A stretch of DNA of 64,000 nucleotides from positions 124,001-188,000 of the forward strand of contig MU058667.1 of the NCBI GenBank assembly GCA_013265495.1, read 5' to 3'. Under the pieces are notes generated by a model. That model did no database searches. It was not told where the DNA came from and saw only the letters and a program-made list of their open reading frames with translations. The first letter of the stretch is position 1, and every line of letters begins with the position of its first letter. Of this stretch, positions 1 through 13,700 are shown in pieces. A program made the translations under genes and the position numbers. The stretch is from Vicugna vicugna. Its lineage: Eukaryota.

Positions 1-3000
1 AGTTAGCCACAGGGTGTGTGAATCCTTCCACACTTCTTTTTGTGCTCCACCCCCACCAATGCCTAGGATTTTTAAAGTAGTAAGTACTTAAATGCCTGAA
101 GAGTTCAACAGAATTGAATGTGGGCTGATTCTTCCAAGAGTCCCTAAAAGTTGCTCCAGAAAAGCTTCCTGTCTATAAGCTTGCTCACTGTCCCTTTTGT
201 GTCTTAATCACAAAAGTAATCTACAAAAGAAGTTTCAAATATTTGATCTTTCTGTTTGTTTGATTTCATGTTAAGCTGGAATTTAGTGTAAATATGTACT
301 TGGAATGTCACTGCACGCTCCAACGAAACAGCTTGCAAGATGCAGAGTGGGCTGCTCTCTCGGTGGCTCAATAAAATGAAATGCTCATTTTCTGTCCTTT
401 GTGAAAAACTAGTTTTTCTCTGGGGCTTGGCTCCTTTCACACAAAGAAACTGATATCCTCTCAAATAAAAAAGGGCCAGAGAAATAGGATGGCTTTCTGT
501 TTATTACTGTGAAAACTTGGCAGCAGTCCTGTGCCCAAATGGCCATAGCTGTTGCTGTTGTGCACAGTTTAGGAACGCTGCTCTTTCAGGCTGGCTGGGC
601 TCATTAAACAAGAAAGCTACGGACAGAAAGAAGTACTTCCAGAACACACTGAGGAACACCATTAAAGGATGTGTCATAGCAATGGACAGTTGAAAAATCC
701 TGATTTGCTTGTATTAACAAATGCTGAGATTTTTGTTTCCTGCTGAAATGGTTGGGAGAGTGCTCTATGCCATATCTTTAAGACAAAAACCAGAAACACT
801 AGAGGAAATATTGCAAGTTGATCATAATACGATTCCAATTCATCATAACTATAATTGTAGCTGACCCTTACTGAGTACTCATTATGTGCCAGACACTTAA
901 CTTGCTCAAGGTCACATAGGTTGTAATGCAAGAGCTAGAAGTCAGACCAGGTAGTATTGCTTCAGAGCTTCTGTTGATAACCATCAGGCTTTATTGCTTT
1001 TCAGACTATTTGCACAAATAAGCTGATAAGCTTGTGGGTATATGGGAATGTGACCTTTGGGGAGTCATCTTGCAACATCTATTAAAATTTGAATTACACA
1101 TACCTTTGACCTAACAATCTAGGAACATGTTCTAGACAAGAAATAAACTGTGAACTAGAGAAGAAATAAACTGTGAACTAATCATCTTTGACAGGTATAT
1201 TTTGAATGAATTTGTTGACCTAGAGGTATATCCATGATGGATCATTAAATGGGAAAAGCAAAGAACGGAGACCTGTATGTAGTGTGATTGATTTGTATAA
1301 AACAAGGATCAAAGAATATCTATATTTGTATGTAGTTTCATGAGAACTGAGTGGCAATAGGATACAGCAGGCTGTTAAGTATTCAGGGGGTGGGGGAAAA
1401 CGGACACAAGGAAAGGCGAGAAAACAAATACTTAAAAACAACTTGGAACAATAAGCATGGTATAATGTCAGGCTAAAATGTCCAATATGAAAGTCCATAT
1501 GAGTGTTACTGCAAATATGTAATACTTGAGTAAGCATTTAGGGAAGAACTAGATGGTGACAAAGACAAGTGTTATATCAAACATTAATCTGCTTAAATAA
1601 TTGTGTGGAAAAATTTTTTCTTGGATTTTGTTTATTTTCAAAGATAGATTTTTATAATAAAGCATCACTATTGGGAAGAGGGGAAAGGATTTAAACCTTT
1701 TTAGGAGAGGAACAAGTCTGGAACCCAATGGTAAAATTAAGATGAAATTGAATAGTGTGGCCAACAGGGTGCAATGCGAACACGGGCCATGGGGGCTGTG
1801 GTGGAGGTGGCACCGCCGAGCATCACGGGCTGGGAGCCCACGAGGAAGCAGTTAAGGCAGCACTGAGCTGATATGGGACTAGATGCTGTTGCCACCTTTG
1901 CCCACATCCTTTTTCTTGGTGGGGGGAGGTGGTTAGGTTTATTTATTTATTTCCCATGTTCTTGATTTGTGACTTGTTTAGCCTCAAATCACAGCTTCTT
2001 GTTCACTCAACTAGTGTTTGCTGAGTGCCTACTGTGTGCCAGGCCAGATGCCTGGTACCTATTCTGTGGTAAGCTTGCTTCTGTCACAGAGGATAAAACA
2101 ACTGTCTCCTTCCTCCCCCAAATCTTATCTGAGTATATCTGCCTTCCCCCTCAGCAGAAGAGAAATGGAACGCTTTTTCTTATATTGGGGTGGGGGTAGG
2201 CAGTAGGCTTTTCACTGGGATCCATGTTTTACTCATAATGGCCCTCTTGAATATCCATGACCCACCATGGGAACATGAGGCTCTCCATAACCTGACCTAT
2301 TTGATCTGTCTCCTCTCCTACCACTTCCCACCCTCTATCTAGACCACCATCCCACATTTCTGAGCATCCCCTGGACATAGCATGCTTTTGTAAGCCTCTT
2401 TGCCTTTATAATTGCCAGTCACTTCGCCTGGAAAACCTCTACCCATCCTTTAAGAATCAACTCATGTATTACCTCTGAAGCCCTCAGTCACTTTCTTAAA
2501 GGATTTATTCCTCCTTTCCGGTCATCAGTACTGGTTGTTGCTGGTCCTTGAGGTCTAGAATAAGTTCAAGAAGTTGGAAATCTGTGAAATAAAGTTCCCA
2601 TGTGACATTGAGACCCTAAAGACAATGAATCTTATCTGGTTCAGAGCAGATGTGAAAAATCACCTTAGAGGTAGGAAAATTCCCAATCCTATAGGATTTG
2701 ACTGCAACTTGATTGAAAGAAAAAAGTCACAACTCTAAGAGAGATTTTTTTTTCAGTTACAAAGCACAGAAAAAGAGTCTTGAGAAGCAAATGTATTTCC
2801 CATCCCAGCATTGCCCTAGAGGGAGATACTTATTGCTGGACATACAATTTGAGTTATTTCCAGGTCTAATGACAAGGGGGTCCCTACTATGCTGATGGAC
2901 ACAGGAAGTTATCAATTTCCAGTCCCATCAGCAAGACCATCATTATTGTGAGAAAGATACGACAGAATATCTTAGCCGGGCCCACTAAGCAATATTATAA

Positions 3001-3549
3001 TTACAGCCTTGTTACATAGCTTAATAACAAGGAGCAAATGCATCCTTCAATATAATATTGATATTCCAATCTATTTGACAGTTTTAGTTCTCACTGAAAA
3101 ATTGTTAAATAATCATTCTGGTGTCTGTTTTTGGTCTCCTGTGCACTTTATTTATCTTGAGTCATGGGCAGGCCCTTATCATCCCTGAGCACTGAACTCA
3201 TAGAGTGTTTGTACTGACAAAGCAGAGGGAGAGGTCTTGGAGTTTGGTGGTCATCAAGACACAGGCCAGTGGTTCTCAGCCTTTACTCCACAGCACCCAT
3301 GGTGAACGGTGTCCGTGTGAACGGTTCCCCTTGGTAGTCCAACGCTTAGTGACTTCCCACTGTGCTGGCTCTAATTCCGTTTCTTTCTTTTCTACTTGAG
3401 AAAGCATATCAGAATTCAAGTGAGTACCAGACGGCTGTGCAGTTGCCATGGAAACCTTGAATCTGCTCTAATTTTTTTTAACGTAAATGACTCTTTCTCT
3501 CTCTCTCTCTTTTTTTTCAGCAGCCCCACCCTGGTCTGTCTAGTTTTGA

Positions 3550-4400
3550 GGATGCAGTCTATAAAGGCCTTTAGTAGGTAAGTGGCATGATTATATTTGT
3601 ATTTTAGGAATACAAAATGGCAGCTATGTAGAATGCTACTGCAGTATTGAGCAAGAGCTAATGATGATCTAAATCATGGTTGTGGCAGTGAGGATGGAGA
3701 AGAAAGGATAGATTTGAGAAATGTTTAGGAGTCAAATGAATACAATGATGGGGTATTGGGGTGGAAGGACTGATAAGAGAGAGGGAGAAGTTATAGATAA
3801 AGTCAGTTTGCTTGAATGACTGGGGAAATAGTAATACTACTAATAGAAAAAAGACCACAGGATAAGGAGCTCGTTGGGATGGGAGAGGACATATTTCACA
3901 ATATATTCGCTAGGTCCGAGGTTCCCAAGGGAAATTCCAATGTCAAGCAAGGTGTCAAAAATACAAGTCTAGAGATTTTGATAGAAGTATCAATATAAGT
4001 TTAAAGGTAATTGGATTATAAGTGACCAAAGTCAAGGGAGTAGTGTACAAGGTGAAAAAGAAAAACAGGTGAAGGATTAAATCTGAGAATAGTAATACCT
4101 AAGGGCTGACCAATGAAGGAAGAAGATAGGTAAGAAATTTGAGAAGAGGGATGTTGCGACCAGGAGAATGGATTGTCATGGAAACCAAGAGAGGAGAAAA
4201 TTCCAAAAAGAAGAGAGTGTGTGAGGATGTCAAATACCCCAGAGAAAACAGGAGAAACAATGAAAAATAGGCATTGGCCTTGGCAATAAGGAAGTCATTG
4301 AAGATTTTTAAAAGAATATGCAGAGTGTGTGGAGCATGGGCCCTGGGGTGCAGTGGGTTCCAGTATGGACATGAAATAAGGAGTAAAAGGGAGCAGAGAG
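3550..4400 (-). mobile_element. L2 fragment
   Basis: Purine-rich antisense L2 motifs (gtggcagtgaggatggagaag...gatttgagaaat; ggccttggcaataaggaagtcattg). Confidence 0.65.
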
Positions 4401-4434
4401 GAGTTTGGTGATGAAGGAAATAATTATAAATAGG

Positions 4435-4650
4435 ATAGCTACTATTGATTGAATGCTTATTCTGTGCAGGCACAGTGCCTGACATATAACTTCTCATTTC
4501 ATTTTACAAACTGTATACAATTATAATAGAAACACACTTTGGAAGTTAAGTGAGTTGCTGAAGATCACTCAACTAATAGGTTGTAAACAAACATGGTTCC
4601 AACCTAGTGCTGACTGACCCAAAGCCCAAGATCTTAACCACCACACTGAA
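4435..4650 (-). mobile_element. MIR
   Basis: tattgattgaatgcttattctgtgcaggcacagtg...gttaagtgagttgctgaagatcactcaacta...ccaaagcccaagatcttaaccac. Confidence 0.7.
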
Positions 4651-4758
4651 GCCAGAAGATAAGGCAGGGCCAAAGGGTACTCTTGTTTATCTGGTTTTAA
4701 AATTATAGATGGAATGCTTCTTCTGAAACGATAGATTTCATTTTTAATAACGAAAATT

Positions 4759-4784
<26 letters not shown>
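4759..4784 (+). repeat. (AC)n microsatellite
   Basis: Direct observation. Confidence 0.95.
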
Positions 4785-4789
<5 letters not shown>

Positions 4790-7700
4790 CAGAAGGAAAC
4801 AGTTTCCTTAATTGTCACTTGGATCTCATGTCTGGAATCGATAATTAACTACATCAGTTCTTTCAATATCAAAACTTTGCACTCAGCCAGCTGGCTGGTC
4901 AGTCATTAACACAAGCTGAGCACGCATCCTGCAGGATGGGGAACTTGCAGTGGAGTTAAAACACCAGCTTTAGCCTTCTGGACCTTCGAGGAAAAGCAGC
5001 AGGGGAAATACAGAACAGCAGGGAGGGAGAGTTCCAGATCTATCTCGGTATTTCTGACCTGTAGTAGAGGCAGCCCAGAAAGGTGTTTTGGTTATAGTGT
5101 CCCTCTGGGGAGTCAGGCCTTTCTTGAGTTGGCCTGGAGTCTGTTTCACTTTGGGACTCAATCTGAAAAGACTTGAATTCTCAAATTTATTTTAAAAAGT
5201 GGACGTCCTGAGATCCCTTGGTCTCATGGATCCCCCATTGTGGGCCAGCTATGTGCCAAATGCTCTGAGCTGATCATGATAATAGAGAAGATAAAGCCCT
5301 TATGACCTCTTTTACCATCTCGGAATCCAAATATAATCATCTCTTTAACTTTTTCAGTTAACTGCTCTACCCTATATGCCTTCATTAGCAGAAAGTCCAA
5401 TATCTCTCTCCCCTGAGTTATTTAAGAATTCAAAACATTTCCTCAATCCAGAAGGTTATAACTCACTTCCAAAAGCCAAGTTGAGAGAAAAATCAATCCA
5501 AAGTTTCTTTGTTTGCTTCTGTCATCCTGTGTCCCTGCTGCTCCTTTACAGTCTGCTGGGCTTGTCTCCTGCTGAGGTAACACTATCGCTGGTCCAGATC
5601 CTGCCCTGGCCGCGTGATGCACCAAGGCTTGCCTTCAGGGTTCAGCTCCTCGGCTCTCTTGGTGCGCACTCCATGTGTTCTGTCATTGCTTCCCAGTGGC
5701 ATCCACAGAAAGCTTTGCTGGCCCCACCCTTTGACGACAGCCCTTCTCGTATGGCAGTGCTTCTCTGGGGCTCTTCATCTTCTTTCCTGCCAGCAGATCT
5801 CAGTGAGCACCATCCCAATCCACTTAAGATCCAATAACCTTGAACCTCAAAGAGGAAAGTGTCAGAGCCCCTTTCCTTTCCTCTTCCTAGGGCTGCCTCC
5901 TTGCACAACTCCAGGGGCACCATCCGTATTGTATTCAGAAGGAGTGGTATCCCTGGGAGCACATCATCAGAGTATATACATCCATCACAATAGACTGTAA
6001 TACAGATGGTGCCCCCTGGAGTTGTGAACTGCGCACTAACCCCCTACGCCAGCTTTCTCCAAGGGGAATGGGAAAGAACAGATATTTCAAGACTAAGACA
6101 TTCTATTATTCCCTCCTTCCAAGAAGTAGTAGGTCTCTTGTAGTTGCATAAATAAAAACAGTCATTCATGTGACTCCTGCAAAACAAATGAGATCGGCTT
6201 CAAGATGATTCTCTGAAGCTTTTTTTTTAAAATATGCTTTAAATAAGCTATGATTTCTGTTCCCCCAGGCACCCCGTTACATAAATAATAGTAGCTATCC
6301 TTTATTCAGCTGATAGGGCACGGATGCTTTACATGCATTATCTCATCTTGTAGAAGAATTCCGAGTCTAATAATGGAGCTAAAATGTACAGAAATTATAG
6401 TCTAAGGTAGAATATGAAAAAAATTACATGAGTGAGGTAAGTGCAAATCATCGAGAGAGCTCAGCGAAGGGAGGGATTATTTCCAGCTGGGGAAGCTCAT
6501 TCCATCCACATTCGGCACACAATTATCGCGTGCCTCTTATATCCTGGTCTTGAGAGTCTCACAGACCATGGGGGAAAGGAGAAGGAAACAGAGCATCTGG
6601 ACAGTGTGATATCATTTGATAACTGCAATCTGGCCATCAGGGCAGACTCCTCGGAAGAGGAGGCACGTGAGCTACAAGCACTGAAGGTTAGGGGGCCTTC
6701 TGAACAGACAAGGTTGGGGATCCCTGATATCCCAGGGTTGCACCTGGATTTCATTACAACCCCATCTTCTAGAATAGAAAGTGAAACAAGCGGTTGTTAA
6801 CTTCCCCATTCAATTCTCCTCCGAGGCCCTAATTTTGAAGCCGTTAATGGTAACCAGTCCTTCCACTGTGCAACTGGCTTTTCTCCCACTGAAGATTGTG
6901 CTGCACTTTTCCCCACTTAACTCCGTTCAGTTGGTGACCTCCTTTCCAATTTACCAATTCTGATTCACATCCTCCATCTTTTCTCCCACTGAGAAGAAAC
7001 AGCCAACTTTTGGATTTCCAAGCCTCCTGGAAAAAGGCCAAAGTTCCATAAACTCTAGAATATTATTGTGTGAGTTAAAATATTCACATGGTATCAACCG
7101 TGCAGTTACTCCAATGTTTATTTTGGAAAATATTACGTTTGGAAAATGGGAAGTATTCCAGGGCATTTTCTTACCTTGAAATATCAGTAGACACAAGGGT
7201 ATTTTGAGACCATTTTTTTGCTCAAAAGTTAGCAAACAATCTGTACAATTAGACACGTAAAATTGCCTTAAATAACGTTAGTTAAGGGCTCTGGGGCTTA
7301 AAAAATGCCCATAGAATATTTGTGGAGAAATGTGGGGCAAAAGGCTGCAGTTCTAACTCACTGAAGCAACTTTCAAAATGCCTTTGAGTTAAATCCTAGT
7401 TGGCGCTTACTGAACACTTCTCTTCCAATGACTGACGACTAGACCTTGCTCAGGTGCACAGTCTCCAAGGGCTTGCGTACTTCAAACTCCATCCCTCCGG
7501 CTACAGGAGGCAATGCAGGCTACAGCCCCAGTGGGACCTACAGCTAAACCCAAGGGTCTGAGGGGCCTGTTTACCTTTCCCTCTCTCTCCCCTTCTCCCC
7601 ACGTGTTTCCCCTCGGCGTGGTGATGCCGTGCAAAAGCCACAAGAGAAGGGTGTCAGTACGTCAGCTGCCCCAGGGAGCTCTTCCTGACGCATCTCTGTC

Positions 7701-9099
7701 TTTAATGTGGTGCAGTTCCCGGTGACTGTGATACGTTTGCAGGGTGAGGCTGGAGGGCCGAGGGGAGACAAAGCCTGGAGTGATGGCTGGTTGCAGTCCT
7801 TTTCGTGTGTTTTCTCAAGCTTTGAAACTTATAATACCTGAAACTCAACATTGTCTATGATCGCATTTATGAGAGAGAAAACACAACGCATATGTGCGCG
7901 AGTGTATGTGTGTGTAAATGAATAAAGAAAAAGTGGGACATACACTAACAGACAGCAATAGTTAGCTCTGGGAAAGGAAGTGCCATTAGATAGGTGTAGG
8001 TGATTTACGCGTATCACTGTTTTTCCATTAACAATTTATTCCAATTTATAAAGAAAAATGATTTAAATTTTTAAAAAATTTAGAAGAATTAAATAGTTTG
8101 ATGTACTATTTTAGAAAGCTAGCTAAAACATGTTAAGTTAAAATAGCAAGTTTAAAGTGGTAAGTATCATAAGTTCGATTTAGGGGAAAAATGAAAATAG
8201 CCCCACACATAATTGGTAGTATATGCATAGAAAGGAAAAACAAAAGAGGAAAAAACAATAAATTATTGTAGTGATTATTTTGGGGAGATGGAATACTTCT
8301 GGGAGATGGAGATGGAGACGGGGATTTTAACTTTCTACACTGTGTAGTTTTGAGAATATTTACATTTTTAAATATTAGCATGTGTTGATTTTTCTAGCAC
8401 ACAAATTGACTGAGCAGTATTATACCCTTGTTTACTTGATATTGCCCTCAAAAGACTGCCTGGCTGGCATAAATGGACCAACATGTAACACCACATTGAC
8501 AGATCTGAACAGCAAACTCACATCCCAACCCAAATGGTAAGGTTCGTGGGAGGTTCTCATGTTTAATAAGGTCCTACTTTTCATACCTGTACCTGCCTCA
8601 GACAAGCAGTTCCTTCTGCTGCAAGCTCCCTTCTTCCTCTTCTTCTCCTGGTAAACTCCTATTCGTCCTTTAAAACACAGCTCAACCATTAATTTTCCCC
8701 AACTCCCCAAATAGAATTAGTGATTTCTACTTTGCATTTCCACATACCTCTGTTTCCACAAGTTATTTTGTGTATTCTAGGACTGTTTTCCAACCCGTCT
8801 CCTCTTCTGAATTGTTAGCTCCTCAGAATAGGAATAGTATCTTCTTATTTTTTTAAATATATCTGTCTCAGGGCTTAATATCGTGAGCAATACTTAGTAA
8901 GTGTTCCATTAAAATGGTTTGCTTCCTTAGCATGCCCTAGTGTAAGAGTTTTAAATCCAGAGGACCCCAAACATGGCTATGATCACAATCTCCTGGGGGA
9001 GCACTTACAAACACAGGTACTGACACCCGACTAGAGCTATTCTCAACTCGGATCTCCCAGACAGTTCTTCTGCTTCCTCTCCCCACTCCCCTTCCCATT

Positions 9100-10742
9100 G
9101 TTTTCCTTCCTGAACAATTCAGTCCAAAGCCATTAACTGGCTCTGAACAAAGTAGGCATCCCACATGATGGTGGGGGGATGGAGACCCAGCACAGGGCGG
9201 GTGACAAAGCCCAAGCTGGGTGAGGAGGGTGTCTGGGTGGGAGGGTGACGTGGCTTGGATGTCAGAGCCTGGGCAGAGCGACGGGGGCATTTACACAGCA
9301 GGGGGTGCAGAGGTGGCCTGGGATGGAGTGTCAGAGCCTGAATCAGAAGGGTGTCCCCATGAGATGTTCAAGCAAGATGAAGGGTGTCTCATTGTAGCAT
9401 TTTTCTGCTTAGACGGAGCATCAGTGCCCCAGAGGGGTAAGGAGAGTATCTCCATGGGTGTTAGGGGACTAGGGTGAGAAAAGATTTAGAAAATAAGTAA
9501 ATTTATCAATGGCAAGTCTCTTACTGTCAGAGAATTATAAATACGGAACAGGAGAAAACTAGAATGAATATTATGTCAGATTAGAATTGGAGACTCTCAT
9601 GGTTTCCAACATAGAAATAGATACAGAAATAAATACAGGTGTAAATAGTGTGAATTATAAATATGTATGAATTAATTTTTCTTTTATCTATCTATCTATC
9701 CATCCATCCATCTAATACTTAGCTGTTTACTCAAAGTGCTTGGGAGCAGCAACACACAAGGAGCAAAGAGCATGTTTAGCCTCTCGATTTCTAAAAGGAA
9801 CCGAGTTCTTTGCAGGCTCGACTGATTCCAGTGCTGTGACAGTGAAAGTAAAAAAATGAACCTTGATATCTTGTGCCAAAAAAACCAGGAGTGCTCAAAG
9901 GATAACAGGGACATGTCTGAGGAGGACATGAGCCAGCTTGAAGAAGATCCCACTGGCCATAGCTGGGACAATCTGAGCATCAAAATAAGTAATGATAGTA
10001 GTGGGTTATAACCCACTGGATAAAACTGGAATCTATGAGTATATCGTGGTATAAATTAATAAATGAATAATTTTAAATTTTGATGAAGAATCAGATATTT
10101 ACATAATCTTGAGGTTCTCTCTCATAAAAAAAAAATTAGTAATTACAAAAGTAGAAGAATGACTTCCTAGTGGACAGCCTGGCAGATAGCACCTTAAACA
10201 AATGATCAAAGTGCCCATACTGGTAATGGGACAAATCGAAAGTATACCAACTGATAGGATGTGATGAGAAGACCATGACATCACTTCTATGAAATTTCTT
10301 CCTAATTATGAGAAAACTTCAGACAAGCAATTTGAAGGTCATTCTACAAAATAGATGGACTGTAATTTTGAAATGTCAAGGTTGTAAAAATCAAGGAGAG
10401 ACTGAGAAACTGTTTTCAGTGTAAGAGGCATGACATAAGTACAACACATAATTCCCTGCTCTTTTACTTTAAGGACAATTTTTGAGAACAATTTGCAAAA
10501 CTTGACTGGGGTCTGAGGAGTAGAGGATGGTGACATATTGATGCTAATTTTCCTTATTTTGATGGGTTTTCTTTGGCGATATAATAGAATGTCCTTGCTT
10601 GTGGGAAATACTAAAGGATTTGGGAGTGCTAGGAATCCATGTCAACAACTAAGACTTAATTCAGAAAAAAGAAGTTATTTGTACTCTTCTTGCAACTTTA
10701 CTGTAAGTTTGAGACTATTTCAACTAAAAAGTGAAAAGAAAA
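9100..10742 (+). mobile_element. Old L1 (L1MC-type) 3' end, apparently inserted in a MER5-like element
   Basis: GC-rich tcagagcct/gggtgaggagggtg repeats followed by a typical L1MC 3'UTR ending actgtaagtttgagactatttcaactaaaaa. MER5-like halves at ~8940-9060 and ~10770-10825. Confidence 0.65.
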
Positions 10743-13700
10743 TTCCCACAGAGGTCCAAGGCATCTCTGCTGGAGCAAAAGCTTCCCCGGTGATTCCAGC
10801 TTTCTATGTTGGAAACTACTGGGTTAAACACTGAGTGGATCCTTATTAACTTGGATGTTCCTTCTTCACGTGGGCTTCTTTGTCCTATAAGAGTGCTTGG
10901 GAAAAATATAGAGTCCTAGGTCCAACCTGAAGCCCTCTGGATCAGAATTTAAGAAAGTAAAGCCTGGATAGTTTTATTTCTGATAAGTAGCCCTTAGGAT
11001 CAGAGAAGTTTGGGAAACATTAAAATTCATCATAGAGATCATTGAACCTTTTGTCCAAGGCATGCAGGTATGTCAGTTAGTATCAAAATAATGAATGATA
11101 TCTGTGCACCAAGGAAGAGTAGGTGGCCAGAGCAAGCTTTCTAAATCCCAAGGAAGGGCCTTTGGTGTCCAGGGGTCAACAGAAAACTGCTGTCAGGAGA
11201 GTGATGGCCCTGGAGATTGCCTACATAGTCACTTTAGCTGAGAGCATTAAAGGGTCTGTTGTCTGAGAGAGGAATGAAAATAGCACTGCAGTATTTTTAC
11301 GGTTGAACAGGAAAGTCGGCTGGCCTCTGGTGGGACCCCAGGACTGGAAGAGCAGTGGTTTTGCAGTCTGAGTGCTGTGATGACGTGATTGGTGCTGGGG
11401 CTGGAAGAATAGTTGTGTGTGATAGAAAGGACTGAGCACTAAATGCCGCAGACTGGGAGATCCAGTGAGGGCCATTCTCTGTTGATCGGGAGAATGGAGT
11501 CTCTCATGAAGTCACCCTCCATGAAGCTACCATGCCGGCCTGTGCAGTGAGCTGGACCAGCATCTGGTAGTGCCTGGTCAACAGTGTGGGACCAACTTTC
11601 AACAGAGTACCTTGAGGCATCAAGGACTAGCAAGGATGCTTGGATACCAGGGCTTATCTTGGTTTGAAGTAGAAGTCAGATGGACTTCCTAATTGAACAG
11701 TGTACACCCTCTAGGGCTCCCAGAGGATCTAGAAGAAGGGAAAGCAGCCCTAAGAAAGTGACACCAGATTCCGTACTAACCTAGCATGAGAGGGCTCAAG
11801 TCATTTTTTCTCTTTAATTAGGAGAATTGAATAAGTGATCCTAATTCTACCTTGAGCATTAAGGAGCACTTTATAGCAGCTAGTTTCAGTGGATCCACTT
11901 TGATTTCTCCCGTACTGCTTGGCACATGCTGGAGTCCAGTACATGACTGCTAATAAATGGATAAACGGCATATGATCAATATGATTTCTACAAATTTGGT
12001 TGGGAACCTCTTTTAGGCCTGCTTTTATGTTCTGCAAACCTTATGGTAAATAAGTTACTAAAATACAAAGACTGTATTTTATAGAGTATTCCAGATGCAT
12101 ATATCCAGTCTCCCAGACCTCACCAGACTATGATTAAAAATGAGGTCAGGTTTACCTTGTAATGTCCAAAGATGGTGGCTCAAGCTTTCATCTTACCTGG
12201 TGACAGGAAGTCTGATCTTTTATGAGGCTCTTCTCCACATGGAAGTCTTTACTCTCCCCAGAGGCTCAGGTCCTCCGCAAACCCATACTGCCCCCACCAC
12301 CCACGTGCTTCCGGATTGTTCGGCACAGCTCCTCCACTGTCGCCTCTCACCTCCCGCCACCCCACGACTTCAGCCACCATAGCCTCATTGGCCTCAAAGG
12401 AAGGCTTTTCTTCCTTTGACTAAATGTTCCCAAAGGTGGACACAGACTGTTCCTTTCATCTCCGGTAGCACGACCAGGACTAGAGTGCAACATTTAGCAA
12501 AATTTTATGGAAAGGTTAAGGATAAGAGAAAGGAATGATGAAACCGGCAACTTTTTAAATGGCTACGCAAAGCACAGGCTGTGTCAGGGCCGCGGAGGTG
12601 CCTTCCTGCCCAGTTCCCAGGCTTGGCTCCCTGGCAGGGGCTGCTTATCTGCTCCCTTCGGGAGTGACCTCCAGTGAGTTCACCCCGACGAAAGTTCAGG
12701 CCCGGATCTCCAGAGGCCCCGGGAGAAGACCAGAGCTCTCCGCGAAGTCTCTCCGGTCTCAAGCCTGCCCCCACCCCCGCTTCCTGTCCACTTCCTCTGA
12801 GGAAACTCCAGCCCTCCCCCACTCGTGGGGTCAGTCCGCTCCGATGGCCGCTGTGAGAGCATGACATAAAAGCAAAATATCCGAGAGACGACGTTGCCTG
12901 AGTCTGTGTTTGAGTATTTCCACGTGTGAGATAATGAGGCCAGTCTTTTGTACTAAGCCTGGACCAGTCCCATTCCTTTTTATGGCATTTAATCCACATG
13001 AAGTGAGAAACCAGAACTGTAGCTTCCCTATAGCCCTAAAGCCCTCAGTCCCCGTCTCCTGTGAGAGGCTGTTCAAACAGGAAGCCAAGCATCTCTACTA
13101 AAATAAACACTCCCATGCAGGCTAAGGGACTCCACACTTGCACCTTAAAGGAAGTATTTCTCCTAAGGCATCTTAAACTACAGAGATGTAGCTCCACCCA
13201 TAATAAAGGCAACTTTTGATATTATGACGCAGAAAAGTTTAGGTCTTTGGAGTTGGAGCTCTCAAACTTCCATTCCAGAAAAGGGTTTGGTTCAATATTA
13301 GTATATCTAACCTTGTCTGTTTAGATCATTTCCCCCAAACCAAAACTACCCCTGAAAAAAAAACTGCTTAAAGATCTGAAATTACAAAGTTTAAGCCCAC
13401 CCCCCTGACCCCGGCTTTAAAAATCTCAGACCCATTTTTGTTAAGAGCTCTGGTTACAAGCACCATGTGCCAGTCCACCCCTGGAGATCTCGGCTTTTCC
13501 CAAGGGCCTCACTCCCGAAGGGGAGTCAGGCTCCAAGGTGAGCGTGGAAGGGAAACTGCTTCTTCCTTCCAGGGGCCACAGCCCTTTCCCTGCCACATAA
13601 ATATGGAACTAATTTTGATTTCTTTTTCTTGAACTGTAGATACCTGGCTTGTCAACAGTCATTCAAAAAGAATTTTATAAAGGTTAAAGAATTAGAGTTA

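Noticed and set aside
1138..1180. 20-bp direct repeat aagaaataaactgtgaacta x2
   Set aside because: Simple local duplication in a decayed L1 fragment. Only two copies and no spacers, so not CRISPR-like or otherwise functional-looking.
5376..6800. ORFs of 106-153 aa
   Set aside because: No recognisable homology, low-complexity composition, no coherent splice structure, and partial overlap with L2-like sequence.
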